A stretch of DNA of 64,000 nucleotides, from the NCBI GenBank assembly GCA_050260515.1, contig JBLNCI010000043.1, positions 79,880 through 143,879 of the forward strand, written 5' to 3'. The notes beneath the pieces are model-generated. The model was not told the origin of the DNA. It worked only from the letters and a program-made list of their open reading frames with translations, and did no database searches. Position numbers and translations under genes: made by a program. Every line of letters begins with the position of its first letter. Positions within the stretch are counted from its first letter, which is position 1. This DNA comes from Gemmatimonas sp. (lineage in GTDB: Bacteria > Pseudomonadota > Alphaproteobacteria > SMXQ01). This document shows positions 1 through 14,663 of the stretch, piece by piece.

Positions 1-70
1 GCCCCATGAGGGCCTCGCCGGACAGCTTGAGGAGGATGCGGGAATAACGGGGGCGGCCGGCGTCCGTCAT
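1..70 (-). CDS. pyrH: UMP kinase PyrH, N-terminal fragment (gene continues beyond window start)
   Basis: Minus-strand ATG at 68-70 gives MTDAGRPRYSRILLKLSGEALMG, the typical PyrH N-terminus. Position downstream of tsf matches the conserved rpsB-tsf-pyrH order. Confidence 0.75.
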   Translation of the reverse strand, partial: MTDAGRPRYSRILLKLSGEALMG

Positions 71-156
71 GGCGTCGTCGTCATCCCCTCCCGCTGCGGG
101 TCGGTGTGTGGGATCTCAGCGGCGCGCCGCCCCGCGAACGGCGCGCCGCGAGTGTA

Positions 157-1083
157 TCAGTGTCCGACAGCCGCGGCCACTTCGGCGGCGAAGTCGCTCT
201 GCGCCTTCTGGATGCCCTCGCCAAGCGCGTAGCGGGCGAAACCCGCCACTTTGATCGGCGCGCCGATGGCCTTCTCGGCGTCCGCGACGACCTTGCTGAC
301 GCGGCTCTCGCCGTCGACGACGAAGATCTGCTCCAGGAGGACGGTGTCCTCGTAGAACTTCTTCAGCCGGCCCTCGACCATCTTCTCGATCACCGCCTCG
401 GGCTTGCCCGACGACTTCGCCTGCTCGACGAGGATGGACCTTTCGCGGGCGACCGATGCCGGGTCGAGGGTAGCGACGCTGACCGACTGCGGGTTCGCCG
501 CGGCGACATGCATCGCGAGCTGCTTGCCGAGCTCGGAGAGCTTCGCCGCATCGCCGGTCGACTCGAGCGCGACCAGCACGCCGATCTTGCCGCGACCCGG
601 CGCGATGGCGGAGTGGACGTAGCTGGCGACCACGCCGGTCGGAACCGACAGCGACTTGGCGCGGCGGATCTGGATGTTCTCGCCGATGGTGGCGACGAGC
701 TCGGTCAGATAGTCCCCGGCCGACTTCGACGAGCCCGGGAACGGCGCCGCCCGGAGGGCCTCGACGTCGTCGCCGGTCTTGAGCGCGATCTCGCTCGCCT
801 TGGCGACGAAGTCCTGGAACTTGTCGTTGCGGGCGACGAAGTCGGTCTCGGAGTTGACCTCGACCATCACGCCGCGGTTGCCCTGCACTGCGACGCCCAC
901 GAGCCCCTCGGCGGCGACGCGGCCCGCCTTCTTCGACGCCTGGGCAAGCCCCTGCTTGCGCAGCCAGTCGACGGCGCCCTCGAGATCGCCATTGGTGGCG
1001 GCGAGCGCCTTCTTGCAGTCCATCATTCCCGCGCCGGACTTCTCGCGGAGCTCCTTCACGAGCTGGGCGCTGATCTCCGCCAT
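157..1083 (-). CDS. tsf: Elongation factor Ts
   Basis: 308 aa [30 protein letters not shown] is the EF-Ts signature. SD GAAGGAAG precedes the ATG. Confidence 0.95.
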   Translation of the reverse strand: MAEISAQLVKELREKSGAGMMDCKKALAATNGDLEGAVDWLRKQGLAQASKKAGRVAAEGLVGVAVQGNRGVMVEVNSETDFVARNDKFQDFVAKASEIALKTGDDVEALRAAPFPGSSKSAGDYLTELVATIGENIQIRRAKSLSVPTGVVASYVHSAIAPGRGKIGVLVALESTGDAAKLSELGKQLAMHVAAANPQSVSVATLDPASVARERSILVEQAKSSGKPEAVIEKMVEGRLKKFYEDTVLLEQIFVVDGESRVSKVVADAEKAIGAPIKVAGFARYALGEGIQKAQSDFAAEVAAAVGH

Positions 1084-1122
1084 GGCTCTTCCTTCACTAG
1101 ATCGGGTTACGGGATGTACGGC

Positions 1123-2049
1123 TTAGGCGTCAGCCGATTCGGTTTCGGCCTTGCGGCGGCGGGTCTTCTTGACCTCCACCGACGGGGCCGGACGAGCGGC
1201 CTTGGCGCCCTTGCGGCCCTTGGTCTCCTTCGCGGGCTCGCCGGCGGCGGCCTCGGCCGGAGCGGCCTCGCCGGCTGCGGCAGCGCCCTCACCGGGCAGC
1301 GCCTCGGCCGGCGACTCCTCGGCCTCGCCGATGTCGACGCCCGCCTTGATCATCTCTTCCTGGATGCCCGACAGCACCGCGTCGGCCATCAGGTTGCAGT
1401 AGAGGTCGATGGCACGAACGGCGTCGTCGTTGCCCGGGACCGGATAGGTGATGCCGTCCGGATCCGAGTTCGAGTCGACGATGGCGACGACCGGCACGCC
1501 GAGCTTGCGAGCCTCGCTGACGGCGATCGACTCGCGGTTGGTGTCGATGATGAACAGGATGTCGGGGAGCCCGCCCATCTCCTTGATGCCGCCGAGCGCG
1601 CGCAGCAGGTTGTCGCGCTCGCGGGTGAGCTGGAGATTTTCCTTCTTGGTCAGGCCCGTCTGCTCCTGCGAGAGCTGCTCCTCGAGCTCCTTGAGGCGCT
1701 TGATCGAGACCGAGATCGTCTTCCAGTTGGTCAGCATGCCGCCGAGCCAACGGTGGTTGACGTAGTACTGGCCGCACTTGCTGGCCGCCTCGGCAACCTT
1801 CTCCTGCGCCTGGCGCTTGGTGCCGACGAACAGCACGCGGCCGCCCTGCGCGACGATGTCGCGGACCGCCTGCATCGCCTGATAGAGCATCGGCACGGTC
1901 TGCTGCAGGTCGATAATGTGCACGCCGTTGCGGTCGCCGAAGATGAACGGACGCATCTTCGGGTTCCACCGGCCGGTGCGATGGCCGAAATGGACGCCGC
2001 TCTCGAGGAGCTGGCGCATCGTGAACGTAGGAAGGGCGCTGGAGGACAT
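1123..2049 (-). CDS. rpsB: 30S ribosomal protein S2 (with Ala/Glu/Lys-rich C-terminal tail)
   Basis: [32 protein letters not shown] matches S2. Start set at the internal ATG 2047-2049 rather than the longer track ORF. Confidence 0.92.
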   Translation of the reverse strand: MSSSALPTFTMRQLLESGVHFGHRTGRWNPKMRPFIFGDRNGVHIIDLQQTVPMLYQAMQAVRDIVAQGGRVLFVGTKRQAQEKVAEAASKCGQYYVNHRWLGGMLTNWKTISVSIKRLKELEEQLSQEQTGLTKKENLQLTRERDNLLRALGGIKEMGGLPDILFIIDTNRESIAVSEARKLGVPVVAIVDSNSDPDGITYPVPGNDDAVRAIDLYCNLMADAVLSGIQEEMIKAGVDIGEAEESPAEALPGEGAAAAGEAAPAEAAAGEPAKETKGRKGAKAARPAPSVEVKKTRRRKAETESADA

Positions 2050-2123
2050 CGGGTTTCTCCGGTTGTCCGCCGCGGGGCAAAGAACCGAGGCGCCGGGGTG
2101 GACCCGGGTCTCGGCACCGGAAA

Positions 2124-2141
2124 CGGCTGGAATTCCAGCCG
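2124..2141 (-). promoter_or_regulatory. Perfect 18-bp palindrome CGGCTGGAATTCCAGCCG in the rpsB 5' leader
   Basis: Seen directly; lies 75-92 nt upstream of the rpsB start codon on the transcribed strand. Confidence 0.3.
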
Positions 2142-2261
2142 AATCCCCGCGTGAGGGGTTAAAGGTGGCGGATAGATAGCGGTCGCGGGCCGGAATTGCA
2201 AGGGTGTTCCGGGCGCGCAGAACACCACGCAAGCGACTGAAAAGCCGAGCCTTTTGCGCGC

Positions 2262-5741
<3,480 letters not shown>

Positions 5742-5834
5742 AGCTCAGCCGCGGTCACAAGGCCGCGCACGCGGTCTTGATCCGACCTGTGGAATTTATC
5801 CCCAGATTTGGTCGGCCGTGCGCCGACGAGCGAT

Positions 5835-6530
5835 TTAGGTCCGGACGCCGGTGTTGACCAGCAGACCGTCGACCAGCGTGACGGTGCGATCCATGCGCGC
5901 GGCGAGGTCGGGATTGTGGGTGGCGATCAGCGCGCCCTTGCCCGTCGCGCGCAACGCCTTCACCAAAACCTGGAACACGGTCTCGGCGGTCTGGTGATCG
6001 AGGTTTCCGGTCGGCTCGTCGGCGAGGAGCACGTTCGGACTGTTGGCGAGCGCACGGGCGATCGCGACGCGCTGCTGCTCGCCGCCCGAGAGCTCCGCCG
6101 GCCGGTGCTCGGCGCGGGGCTTGAGGCCGACCAGATCGAGGAGTTCGAGCGCCCGCGCGCTCGCCTGACGATTGGACTTCGTCGCGATCATCTGCGGCAG
6201 GACGATGTTCTCGAGCGCCGAGAATTCCGGCAGCAGATGATGGAACTGGTAGACGAAGCCCATCCGCTCGCGGCGGATGCGCGTGCGCTCGTCGTCCGGG
6301 AGCTTGGCGCACGACGTGCCGAGCACGATGACCTCGCCCGCCGTGGGCTGCTCCAGCAGCCCCGCGATGTGGAGCAGCGTCGACTTGCCGGTGCCCGAGG
6401 GCCCGACCAACGCCACGATCTCGCCGGAGCCGACCGTGAGATCGACGCCCTTGAGGATTTCGAGGCTCCCCTCGCCTTCGCGGTAGGCGTGGCGGATGCC
6501 GCGCAATTCGAGCGGAGCCGCCTCACTCAT
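5835..6530 (-). CDS. lolD: Lipoprotein-releasing system ATP-binding protein LolD
   Basis: ABC ATPase with Walker [10 protein letters not shown], signature [15 protein letters not shown]; adjacent to lolC. Start chosen at MSEAAP (6530), overlapping the lolC stop. Confidence 0.85.
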   Translation of the reverse strand: MSEAAPLELRGIRHAYREGEGSLEILKGVDLTVGSGEIVALVGPSGTGKSTLLHIAGLLEQPTAGEVIVLGTSCAKLPDDERTRIRRERMGFVYQFHHLLPEFSALENIVLPQMIATKSNRQASARALELLDLVGLKPRAEHRPAELSGGEQQRVAIARALANSPNVLLADEPTGNLDHQTAETVFQVLVKALRATGKGALIATHNPDLAARMDRTVTLVDGLLVNTGVRT

Positions 6531-7767
6531 AGCGGAGAGCCTCAACCGGATCGAGGCGTGCCGCGCGCCACGACGGATACAGCGTTGCCAGCAGCGACAG
6601 CACCAGCGACATGAGGACGACGGTCGCGACCTCGCGCGCGTCGACCTTCGCCGGAAGCTGCGACAGGAAGTAGATCTCGGGTGAGAACAGGTTGGTGCCG
6701 GTGAGCTTCTGGATGAACTGGCGGATGTGCTCGATGTTGGCGCAGAACAGGATGCCGAGCCCGAACCCGAGCAACGTGCCGACCACGCCGACCGAGGCTC
6801 CCGCGAGCAGGAATATCCGCATGATCATGCCGCGCGTGGCGCCCATCGTGCGCAGGATCGCGATGTCGCGCCCCTTGTCCTTGACCAGCATGATCATGCC
6901 CGAGATCACGTTGAACGCGGCGACGACGATGATCAGCGTCAGGATCAGGAACATCACGTTGCGCTCGACCTGGATCGCGGTGAAGAAGCTCGAGTTCACC
7001 TGCTGCCAGTCCTGGACGCGCACCTGCGCCTGCGCCGCGTCGGCTATGGTCCGACGCATGTAGGGGGCCTTGTCGGCATCGTCGAGCCAGACCTCGATGG
7101 CGGAGGCCGCGTTGTCGATCTGGAAGAACGACTGGGCGGCTTCGAGCGGCATGTAGACGAACGAGCTGTCGTACTCGTACATGCCGACCTCGAAGATGCC
7201 GACCACCTTGAACGAGCGGGTGCGCGGCACGGTGCCGAAGGCGGTGACGTTGCCCCTGGGCGAGATCAGCGTCAGATTGTCGCCCACGAACACGCCGTAC
7301 CGCTGCGCCATGCGCAAGCCGATCAGCACCGTGTCGGTGCCCTTGAAGTCGGCGTAGTCGCCTTCCTTCACGTTCTTGGCGATCAGCCCTTCCTTGGCGA
7401 GGTCGTCGGGGCGCACGCCCCGGACCAGGGCGCCACCGGCATTGCCGCGGAACGTCGCCATCACCTGGCCGTCGACCAGCGGGTCGGCGGCTACGACGCC
7501 CGGCACCTGCCGGATGCGCTGGACGATCGCGTCGTAGTCCGGCATCGGGCCGCTGGCGCCGATCACCGTCATGTGGCCGCCGACGCCGAGGATGCGGCCG
7601 AGCAGCTCCTCGCGGAACCCGTTCATGACGCTCATGACGATGATGAGCGTGGCGACGCCGAGCATGATGCCGAGCAGCGAGAACCCGGCGATGACCGAGA
7701 TGAAGCCCTCGCGCCGCCGCGCCCTGAGGTAACGGAGCGCCACCATCCGCTCGAAGGGTGAGAACAT
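6523..7767 (-). CDS. lolC: Lipoprotein-releasing system permease LolC/LolE family
   Basis: 414 aa MacB/FtsX-like permease, [31 protein letters not shown]-terminus typical of LolC/E. Confidence 0.85.
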   Translation of the reverse strand: MFSPFERMVALRYLRARRREGFISVIAGFSLLGIMLGVATLIIVMSVMNGFREELLGRILGVGGHMTVIGASGPMPDYDAIVQRIRQVPGVVAADPLVDGQVMATFRGNAGGALVRGVRPDDLAKEGLIAKNVKEGDYADFKGTDTVLIGLRMAQRYGVFVGDNLTLISPRGNVTAFGTVPRTRSFKVVGIFEVGMYEYDSSFVYMPLEAAQSFFQIDNAASAIEVWLDDADKAPYMRRTIADAAQAQVRVQDWQQVNSSFFTAIQVERNVMFLILTLIIVVAAFNVISGMIMLVKDKGRDIAILRTMGATRGMIMRIFLLAGASVGVVGTLLGFGLGILFCANIEHIRQFIQKLTGTNLFSPEIYFLSQLPAKVDAREVATVVLMSLVLSLLATLYPSWRAARLDPVEALRYE

Positions 7768-7783
7768 CAGCTACTCCGTTTTC

Positions 7784-7809
7784 GTCATTCCCGCGGAAGC
7801 GGGAATGAC
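7784..7809. repeat. REP-like palindrome GTCATTCCCGCGGAAGCGGGAATGAC
   Basis: Perfect inverted repeat between lolC and proS. A related copy (ATTCCCGCTTGCGCGGGAATGAC) recurs at 10395-10420. Confidence 0.6.
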
Positions 7810-7837
7810 GCATGTGGGGTCGGTGACGGCATCCCGC

Positions 7838-9133
7838 CTAGTTTCCGGTCAGGCGCGCGAGCGCCGATTCGAGCGACAGCTCGGCCTTCTCCCCGGTCTT
7901 GCGGCGCTTGAGCTCGACCACGCCCTTCTCGGCGCCCTTAGGGCCGATCACCATCTGCCACGGCAGGCCGATGAGGTCCATGCGCGCGAACTTCACGCCC
8001 GCGCGCTCGTCCTTGTCGTCGTAGAGCACCTCTTTGCCCGCCTGATCGAGGGCGGCGTAGGCGTCCTCGGCCATGCGGTCGCAGTTGGCGTCGCCGCTCT
8101 TGAGGTTGATGAGCCCGACGTCGAACGGCGCGACGGGATCGGGCCAGATCGCGCCGTTGTCGTCGTGGCTCGCCTCGATGATCGCGCCGACGAGGCGCGA
8201 AACGCCGATGCCGTAGGAGCCCATCTCGACGACGATCTCGTCACCGTTCGGGCCGGTGACGACGGCGCCCATCGGCTTCGAGTACTTGCTGCCGAAGTAA
8301 AAGATGTGGCCGACCTCGATGCCGCGCGCGGTCTTGAGCCGCTCCTGCGGCACCGGGCAATCGTCGGCCTTGTGCTTCTCGTCGGCGGCGGCGTAGAGCG
8401 ACTTGAGCCTGGTCAGCGTCTGCGGGTCGGCGTTGCCGACGTCGACGTCATCGAACGCCGAGTCGTAGTAGACCTGGCTCTCGCCGGTCTCGGCGAGGAT
8501 CTGGAACTCGTGGCTCATGTTGCCGCCGATCGCGCCCGGATCGGCCGCGACGGGAATGGCGCGCAGCCCCATGCGCGCGAACGTCTTGAGGTACGTCGCG
8601 TACATGATGTCGTAGGTCTTCTGCGCGCCGGCGAAGTCGAGATCGAACGAGTAGTTGTCCTTCATCAGGAACTCGCGGCCGCGCATCACGCCGAAGCGCG
8701 GACGGATCTCGTCGCGGAACTTCCAGCCGATCTGGTAGAGCTGCTTCGGGAGGTCCTTGTAGCTGCGGATGTAGGTCCGGAAAATGTCGGTGACGACCTC
8801 CTCCGCCGTCGGCCCGTACACGAGCTCGCGCTCGTGGCGGTCCTTCATGCGCAGCATCTCCTTGCCGTAGGCGTCGTAGCGGCCCGACTCCTTCCAGAGA
8901 TCGGCCGCCTGCAGCGTCGGCATCAGGATCTCGAGCGCGCCGGCGCGGTCCTGCTCCTCGCGCACGATCTGCTCGACCTTGCGCAGCACCTTGAGGCCGA
9001 GCGGCAGCCACGTGTAGATGCCCGCCGCGGACTGCTTGATGAGGCCCGCGCGCAGCATCGTGCGGTGGGAGACGATCTGCGCCTCGGCGGGAGTCTCCTT
9101 CAGGGTCGGCAGGAAAAAGCGGCTGAGACGCAT
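7838..9133 (-). CDS. proS: Proline--tRNA ligase (eukaryote-like short type)
   Basis: [34 protein letters not shown] is a ProRS N-terminus. SD GAGGA sits 9 nt upstream of the ATG at 9131-9133. Confidence 0.93.
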   Translation of the reverse strand: MRLSRFFLPTLKETPAEAQIVSHRTMLRAGLIKQSAAGIYTWLPLGLKVLRKVEQIVREEQDRAGALEILMPTLQAADLWKESGRYDAYGKEMLRMKDRHERELVYGPTAEEVVTDIFRTYIRSYKDLPKQLYQIGWKFRDEIRPRFGVMRGREFLMKDNYSFDLDFAGAQKTYDIMYATYLKTFARMGLRAIPVAADPGAIGGNMSHEFQILAETGESQVYYDSAFDDVDVGNADPQTLTRLKSLYAAADEKHKADDCPVPQERLKTARGIEVGHIFYFGSKYSKPMGAVVTGPNGDEIVVEMGSYGIGVSRLVGAIIEASHDDNGAIWPDPVAPFDVGLINLKSGDANCDRMAEDAYAALDQAGKEVLYDDKDERAGVKFARMDLIGLPWQMVIGPKGAEKGVVELKRRKTGEKAELSLESALARLTGN

Positions 9134-9247
9134 TCGGAATCCTCGGGAAGCGCGAGCGGCGCCGGACGGCGCGGGTGGAGAAAGCAACCGGACTTTGAAG
9201 TCAGGGGACTTTAGGGAAAGGCCGGTGGCGAAGCAACCGACAGTGGC

Positions 9248-9709
9248 TCAACGCCGCCGCGGAACGACCGTTGGCGCGATGCTGGACGGCCCCGGCGCGA
9301 TGCCCTGCTTCTGGCACAGGAGACCGAGCTCGTAGGCCGCGTCGTTCTGCAGCGGCTGGCCGTTGAAGTACGCCCGCCCGTCGGGCGTCACCCGCACGTC
9401 GCCGAGGAACGCCTCCGGCTTGTAGGAGTTGGCGTCGACCGGAATGCCGAGGCGCCTCTGCAACTCGACCGAGATCGTCACGTGGACGTCGCCCGAGATG
9501 TTCAGCGGCGGGACGCCGTCGACGTCGGCGGGCACCACCGGCTCGCCGTTCACGATGTCGGTCCCCGGCTTGTACTCCACCTCCGGCGACGGCACGTAGC
9601 GCTGCAACGCCGCGCAGCCCTCGCGCGTGACGACGACGGTCTGGGCGCGCGCCGATCCCGTCGCGAGCGCGACGAACGCGGCGATCAGACATGAACGGAT
9701 GCGGGCCAT
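9248..9709 (-). CDS. Hypothetical secreted protein (signal peptide MARIRSCLIAAFVALATGSARA)
   Basis: ORF with GC3 bias; N-terminal signal peptide with AXA cleavage motif. No recognisable domain. Confidence 0.6.
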   Translation of the reverse strand: MARIRSCLIAAFVALATGSARAQTVVVTREGCAALQRYVPSPEVEYKPGTDIVNGEPVVPADVDGVPPLNISGDVHVTISVELQRRLGIPVDANSYKPEAFLGDVRVTPDGRAYFNGQPLQNDAAYELGLLCQKQGIAPGPSSIAPTVVPRRR

Positions 9710-9810
9710 GGTGTCAGGGTGATCCTTCAGGATTAAGGAACGCTTAGCAGCAGGTCGGGCAGCGACGGCGGGCTGCAACGGTCGAGGCCGGCGCGTGAGG
9801 CCCCCGCGCC

Positions 9811-9852
9811 CCCCGCTCCTTTCTTAAGGGAGCGAGGGGCTGGTGAGGGGCC
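9811..9852. repeat. Degenerate REP-related element (CCCCGCTCCTTTCTTAAGGGAGCGAGGGG..GGTGAGGGG)
   Basis: Imperfect inverted repeat sharing GGGAG(A/C)G..GGTGAGGGG motifs with the 10293-10383 cluster. Confidence 0.35.
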
Positions 9853-10225
9853 GGTGGGTCCGCGCGTGATTGCCAGGCAGCGCGCGGACACACGTCGTCG
9901 TCAGCGGATTCAGCTAAATCCACTTTTTCCTTCCCGGGAGAGGTCAGCAGGTGCCGCGGTGCGTTGAAACCGAAGCCGCCCTACCGATTGCTTCTCTCCG
10001 TCGCGGATCGCGACGCGGTTATGTTCTCGGTACCTAAGAAGAAAGCGTCGCGACCCGAAGGGGAAGCGCCGTTGCCTCTCAACTTCATCCACCGCGGCCG
10101 TCCTCATTGTCGGAGGCGATCGCTCGCGGCTTCTTCGCGTCACTCGGGAAGAACTAAGCGCAATAGCTCCCCTCGCTTGTCGCGATCCGAGGACCATGCG
10201 CGGACGTGAAAAGAGGCGCAAGGGG

Positions 10226-10270
10226 GCTGTGGAAAGTCTGGGCCGGTTCGAGCGCGGGCTGTGGAAAGTC
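10226..10270. repeat. Direct repeat GGCTGTGGAAAGTC x2 (31 bp apart)
   Basis: Seen directly in the 740-bp non-coding region upstream of the 9248-9709 gene. Confidence 0.4.
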
Positions 10271-10292
10271 GCGAGAGGCGGTTTTTCTCCTG

Positions 10293-10420
10293 CCCTCTCC
10301 CCGTTGGGGAGAGGGTTGGGTGAGGGGATCGCAACGCGGAGTTTTCACCCTCACCCCGGCCCTCTCCCTCAAGGGAGAGGGAGAAGAAATCTCAATTCCC
10401 GCTTGCGCGGGAATGACGAA
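10293..10420. repeat. Composite REP cluster: three stacked stem-loops plus an ATTCCCGC..GCGGGAAT element
   Basis: Palindromes CCCTCTCCCCgttGGGGAGAGGG, GGGTGAGGG..CCCTCACCC and CCCTCTCCCTcaaGGGAGAGGG. The ORF-track 'proteins' here are artefacts of these repeats. Confidence 0.6.
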
Positions 10421-10521
10421 AGGCAAAATACATGGATGTCGAAGCGGCCACGCGCAACGCGCGGCTCTTCACCTAAGAGTCGGAAGGGGTGAGAACCGCC
10501 CGAGGTGGGCAGGCGAAAGAC

Positions 10522-11097
10522 TTACCACCCGCCGGGCGGGGCGGCCTTGAGCCAGGGCGGCTTGGGTCGCGAGCGGGCGAGCTTGCGGGCGACCGGGCAT
10601 TCGTCGGTATGCGCGCCGGGCAGGAAGCCGATGCTCTTCAGGAACTCGCCGACGATCTCGCCGCCGGTGAAGACGAACTCCTTCTTGAACAGCTTCACCC
10701 ACTCGCCCTTGGTCATCGGATGGCGCGCGGCGAGCCACGCCGCGAACGACCCGTCGCGCTCCTGGATCGCCTCGATGCGCCGCGCGTTCTCGATCGCCGC
10801 GTCGACCTTGAGGCGGTTGCGGATAATGCCCGCATCCTTGAGCAGCCGCGCCCGGTCGCGGGTACCAAAGCGGGCGACCGTCGCGATGTCGAAGCCCGCG
10901 AAGGCCGCCACCATCGCCGGACGTTTCCTGAGGATCAGTCCCCAGCTCAGGCCGGCCTGATTGATCTCCAGCACCAGCCGCTCGAACAGCGCGCGGTCAT
11001 CGGCGACCGGAAAGCCGTACTCGCGGTCGTGGTACGGAGCGTGGAGCGGATCGCCGGGCGCGTAGTCGCAGTACTTCTGCGCGGTGTCGAAGGCCAT
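10522..11097 (-). CDS. tag: DNA-3-methyladenine glycosylase I
   Basis: 191 aa; DPLHAPYHDREYGFPV and the zinc-binding C-terminal HTDECPV motif are typical of Tag. Confidence 0.85.
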   Translation of the reverse strand: MAFDTAQKYCDYAPGDPLHAPYHDREYGFPVADDRALFERLVLEINQAGLSWGLILRKRPAMVAAFAGFDIATVARFGTRDRARLLKDAGIIRNRLKVDAAIENARRIEAIQERDGSFAAWLAARHPMTKGEWVKLFKKEFVFTGGEIVGEFLKSIGFLPGAHTDECPVARKLARSRPKPPWLKAAPPGGW

Positions 11098-11112
11098 GTC
11101 AGAAGGCAGCGC

Positions 11113-11352
11113 TCACGCCATGTCGCGGAAGCTGAGATGGTTGCTCAGGATGATCCAGATGACGATGGCGCTGATCGCGGCCGCGACCACGGTCGTGCCC
11201 AGCAGCTTCCACCAGAGGTAGGACTGCGCGGGCGCGCCGGGCTCGTGGCCGGCCTCGGGATTCTCGGCCTGGCGCACGCCGATCGGCAGCGCGCAGAACC
11301 ACGTCAGCCACCAGATGACGATGAAGACGACCGCGCCGGTGAACCAGTTCAT
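11113..11352 (-). CDS. DUF1467-family small membrane protein
   Basis: 79 aa, two TM helices, MNWFTGAVVFIVIWWLTWFCALP; found immediately upstream of RNase J. Confidence 0.7.
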   Translation of the reverse strand: MNWFTGAVVFIVIWWLTWFCALPIGVRQAENPEAGHEPGAPAQSYLWWKLLGTTVVAAAISAIVIWIILSNHLSFRDMA

Positions 11353-11368
11353 CGCTCCCCTCGCCCTC

Positions 11369-13099
11369 TCAATCGAGGCGCACCAGGTGCAACTGCACCA
11401 TCGGCTTCTTTCCGGCCTCGGCGGTGGTCCGCGTCCGGATCGCGCGGCGGACGGCGTCGTGCACCTGGGAATCGTCCTCGCTCGCGCGCCGGCCGAGCGA
11501 GCGTAACGCGACGACCACGTCCTCGGCCAGCGTCGCCGCCGTCGAGCGATCGTGCTCCTCGTCGAGCACGCCTTCGAGGCTGACCTGCGGCGTCGCCGCC
11601 ATGCGCCCGCGCTTGTCGAGCACGACGGTGACGACCGCGAGCCCGTTGTAGGTGAGACGACGGCGTTCGCTCAGCACCGGGCTGGTGATCGGCAGAAGCC
11701 GTAATCCGTCGACGACGAAGCGGCCGAACGGCACATGGCCGACGATGCGGGCGGGCTCGGGCGCGAGCCGGAACGCGGCGCCGTCGGTGACGAGCACCGG
11801 CTCGGCGCCCTGGGTGCGCGCGAACTCCATGTGGGCACTCAGATGACGCATCTCGCCGTGCATGGGGATCGCGAGCTTCGGGCGCGCCAACGCGTACATG
11901 ATGCCGAGGTCCTCGCGCGCCGGATGTCCCGAGACGTGGACGAAGTGGTCGCGGTCGGTGAGGATCTCGATCCCTTGCGAGATCAGCAGGTTCTGGACCA
12001 GTGCGATCGGCTTTTCGTTGCCGGGAATCTCCTTGGACGAGAAGATCACGGTGTCGCCGGGCTCGAGCTGCACGGCATGGTCGCGCGAGGCGATCCGCGA
12101 CAGCGCCGAGCCGGGCTCGCCCTGGCTTCCGGTGCAGATCAGCAGCACGTCCTGCGGCGGCAGCCGCTCCACGTCGCGGTCGGTGAGGAACGGCGGGATG
12201 TCCTTCAGATACCCGCACTGGCGCGCGATCTCGGTGTAGCGCCACAACGAGCGGCCGACGAGCGCGACGCGGCGGCCGTTGGCGTGCGCGGCATGAACGA
12301 GCGACTGGATGCGCGCGATGTTCGACGCGAAGCAGGCGACCGCGACGCGCCGTCGGCAGCGGCCGATCACCGCCTTGAGGCTGTCGCGTACGTCGGCCTC
12401 CGAGCCGGTCTTGCCCTCGATCGTCGCGTTGGTCGAGTCGCAGACCATCGCGAGGATGCCCTCGTCGCCCGCGGCCTTGATCTTCGCCTCGTCGGTGGGC
12501 GATCCGACGAGCGGCGTCGGGTCGACCTTGAAATCGCCGGTGTGCAGGACGGTGCCGTATTTCGTGCGGATCAGCAGCGCATTCGGCTCGGGGATCGAAT
12601 GGGTGACGGCGACGTACTCGACGTCGAACGGGCCGATCTTGAACCGCGAGCCGAGCGGCTTGGTGATGAGATCGACCGCGTCCTCGAGCTCCGCCTCCTC
12701 GAGCTTGGCGGCGATCAGCCCGGCGGCGAACGGCGTCGCATAGACCGACGCGCGCGGGAAGCGGATGCCGAGGTACGGCACGGCCCCGAGGTGGTCCTCG
12801 TGGCCGTGGGTGATGACGATGGCGAGGAGATTCTCGCCGAGCGATTCGGCGAACGCCGGATCGGGGACGATGAGATCGACCCCGGGCAGCGTCTCGTCGG
12901 CGAAGGTCACTCCCATCTCGACCGCGATCCATTTGCCGTCGCAGCCGTAGAGATAGAAGTTCATGCCGATCTCGCCGACGCCGCCGAGCGGCAGGTAGAC
13001 GAAACCCTTGCGCGCGGCCTCAATGACCGCCGCCGGGGTCGGCTCGCGCCCTTCGATACCGCCGGCGCCGCCCCCGTTGCCTCTGCCCTTGCCGTTCAC
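11369..13099 (-). CDS. rnj: Ribonuclease J (metallo-beta-lactamase/beta-CASP RNase)
   Basis: HxHxDH motif [16 protein letters not shown] and beta-CASP region. The N-terminal Gly-rich 30 aa may be 5' to the true start. Confidence 0.9.
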   Translation of the reverse strand: MNGKGRGNGGGAGGIEGREPTPAAVIEAARKGFVYLPLGGVGEIGMNFYLYGCDGKWIAVEMGVTFADETLPGVDLIVPDPAFAESLGENLLAIVITHGHEDHLGAVPYLGIRFPRASVYATPFAAGLIAAKLEEAELEDAVDLITKPLGSRFKIGPFDVEYVAVTHSIPEPNALLIRTKYGTVLHTGDFKVDPTPLVGSPTDEAKIKAAGDEGILAMVCDSTNATIEGKTGSEADVRDSLKAVIGRCRRRVAVACFASNIARIQSLVHAAHANGRRVALVGRSLWRYTEIARQCGYLKDIPPFLTDRDVERLPPQDVLLICTGSQGEPGSALSRIASRDHAVQLEPGDTVIFSSKEIPGNEKPIALVQNLLISQGIEILTDRDHFVHVSGHPAREDLGIMYALARPKLAIPMHGEMRHLSAHMEFARTQGAEPVLVTDGAAFRLAPEPARIVGHVPFGRFVVDGLRLLPITSPVLSERRRLTYNGLAVVTVVLDKRGRMAATPQVSLEGVLDEEHDRSTAATLAEDVVVALRSLGRRASEDDSQVHDAVRRAIRTRTTAEAGKKPMVQLHLVRLD

Positions 13100-13866
13100 C
13101 GCTGGTTCAGCCCGTAGATGCGCACCAGACCGCGGAGCGTGAGATCCGGGTCGAGGTGGTGGATGGACTTGGTCGCGCCCGCGAACAGCGCCGCGAGGCC
13201 GCCGGTCGCGATCACCGTCGGCCGGACTGCGAGCTCGTCGGCGAGGCGGCCGATCAGCCCCTCGATCAACCCGACGTAGCCCCAGTACACGCCCGACTGC
13301 ATCGCCGAGATCGTCGTCGTCCCGAGGACCCGCTCCGGCCGCTTGACGCTGATGCGCGGCAGCCGCGCCGCGGCGCGGAACAGTGCCTCGACCGAGAGAT
13401 TAACGCCCGGAGCGATGATTCCTCCCATGTAGTCGCCGTCGGCATTGACCGCGTCGAAGGTCGTCGCGGTGCCGAAGTCGATCAGGATGAGCTCGCCGGG
13501 GTAACGGGCGTGGGCGGCGACGGCGTTGACGAGGCGGTCGGCGCCGACCTCGTCGGGGCGCTCGGTCAGCACCTTGAGGCCGAGCTTGACCGACGGCTCG
13601 CCGACGACCAGCGGCTCGACGGCGAAATAGCGACGGCAGAGGGAATCCAGCGCGAACGTCGCGGTCGGGACGACGCTGGCGATGACGGCCCCTTTCACGT
13701 CGGCGGCGGCGAGGCCCTCCAGCGACAGGAGCTGGGTCAGCCAGACGCCATGCTCGTCGGCGGTGCGGCGGGGCTCGGTCTGGCACCGCCACTCGCCCTT
13801 CTTGTTATCGCCGTCGAACAGCGCGAAGACGGTGTTGGTGTTGCCGCAGTCGATGACGAGGAGCAT
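13096..13866 (-). CDS. coaX: Type III pantothenate kinase
   Basis: [19 protein letters not shown] is the CoaX N-terminus; ATGA overlap with rnj. Confidence 0.92.
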   Translation of the reverse strand: MLLVIDCGNTNTVFALFDGDNKKGEWRCQTEPRRTADEHGVWLTQLLSLEGLAAADVKGAVIASVVPTATFALDSLCRRYFAVEPLVVGEPSVKLGLKVLTERPDEVGADRLVNAVAAHARYPGELILIDFGTATTFDAVNADGDYMGGIIAPGVNLSVEALFRAAARLPRISVKRPERVLGTTTISAMQSGVYWGYVGLIEGLIGRLADELAVRPTVIATGGLAALFAGATKSIHHLDPDLTLRGLVRIYGLNQR

Positions 13867-13892
13867 GGAGAATCCTGGGGTGGCGGGCGATC

Positions 13893-14660
13893 CTAACGTG
13901 CCGGAGCGTCACCGGGAACCGGGAAGAACACGTCGCCGGCGGTGACCCGGCGCGTGCGGCCGTCGGGCAGAGCCACGATCAGCGCCCCTTCCCCGTCGAT
14001 GCCGACGAAGGTGCCGGTGAACTCGGAGGATTCGAGGCGCACGCGCACCGGTCCGCCGATCCCGGCGGCGCGGGCGAGCCACGCCTCGCGCACCGGCTTG
14101 AAGCCGAGCCTCCGCCATTCGTCGTAGCGGCCGGCGAAGGCGGCGCCGAGCGCGGCCATTGCCTCATCCACCGGAATCGCGCGACCGGCGTGGGCGGCGA
14201 GATGCGTCGCCGGGTATTCGGCATCGTCGGGATGGGCCGCGAGATTGATGCCGATCCCGACCACGACCCACTCCAGCGCGGCCCCGGTGATCGACGACTC
14301 GATCAGCAGGCCCGCGGTCTTGCGGCCGTTCACCAGCACGTCGTTCGGCCACTTGCAGCGCACGTCGGCGCCGCGCGCGAGCCCCGCGCAGGCTTCCGCC
14401 GCGGCGAGCGCCGCGACGAAGGCGAGCTCGCCCGCCCGGCTCGGCGGCACGTCCGGCCTCAGAACGAGCGAGAGATGGAGATTGCCCGCGGGGCTCACCC
14501 AGGCCCGGCCGCGGCGGCCGCGGCCCTTGGTCTGGCGACGGGCCCAGATCAGCGTGCCCTCGGGCGCACCGGCGCGGGCCGCGGCGATCGCGTCGTCGTT
14601 GGTGGAGCCGGTCTCGTCGAGCGCGACGGCGCGGAAGAACTCCGGCAGCGCGCCGCTCAA
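13893..14660 (-). CDS. birA: Biotin--[acetyl-CoA-carboxylase] ligase
   Basis: 255 aa; [24 protein letters not shown] is the BPL catalytic motif. Confidence 0.88.
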   Translation of the reverse strand: MSGALPEFFRAVALDETGSTNDDAIAAARAGAPEGTLIWARRQTKGRGRRGRAWVSPAGNLHLSLVLRPDVPPSRAGELAFVAALAAAEACAGLARGADVRCKWPNDVLVNGRKTAGLLIESSITGAALEWVVVGIGINLAAHPDDAEYPATHLAAHAGRAIPVDEAMAALGAAFAGRYDEWRRLGFKPVREAWLARAAGIGGPVRVRLESSEFTGTFVGIDGEGALIVALPDGRTRRVTAGDVFFPVPGDAPAR

Positions 14661-14663
14661 GGG

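Noticed and set aside
106-2154. 682-aa plus-strand ORF spanning tsf and rpsB
   Set aside because: Antisense to two unambiguous ribosomal/translation genes. High-GC genomes routinely give long stop-free antisense frames; Arg/Ala/Gly-rich, no motifs.
9964-10209. 81-aa plus-strand ORF in the tag-downstream gene desert
   Set aside because: Low GC3 codon usage atypical for this genome, highly basic Arg/Ser-rich product, overlaps REP-like repeats.
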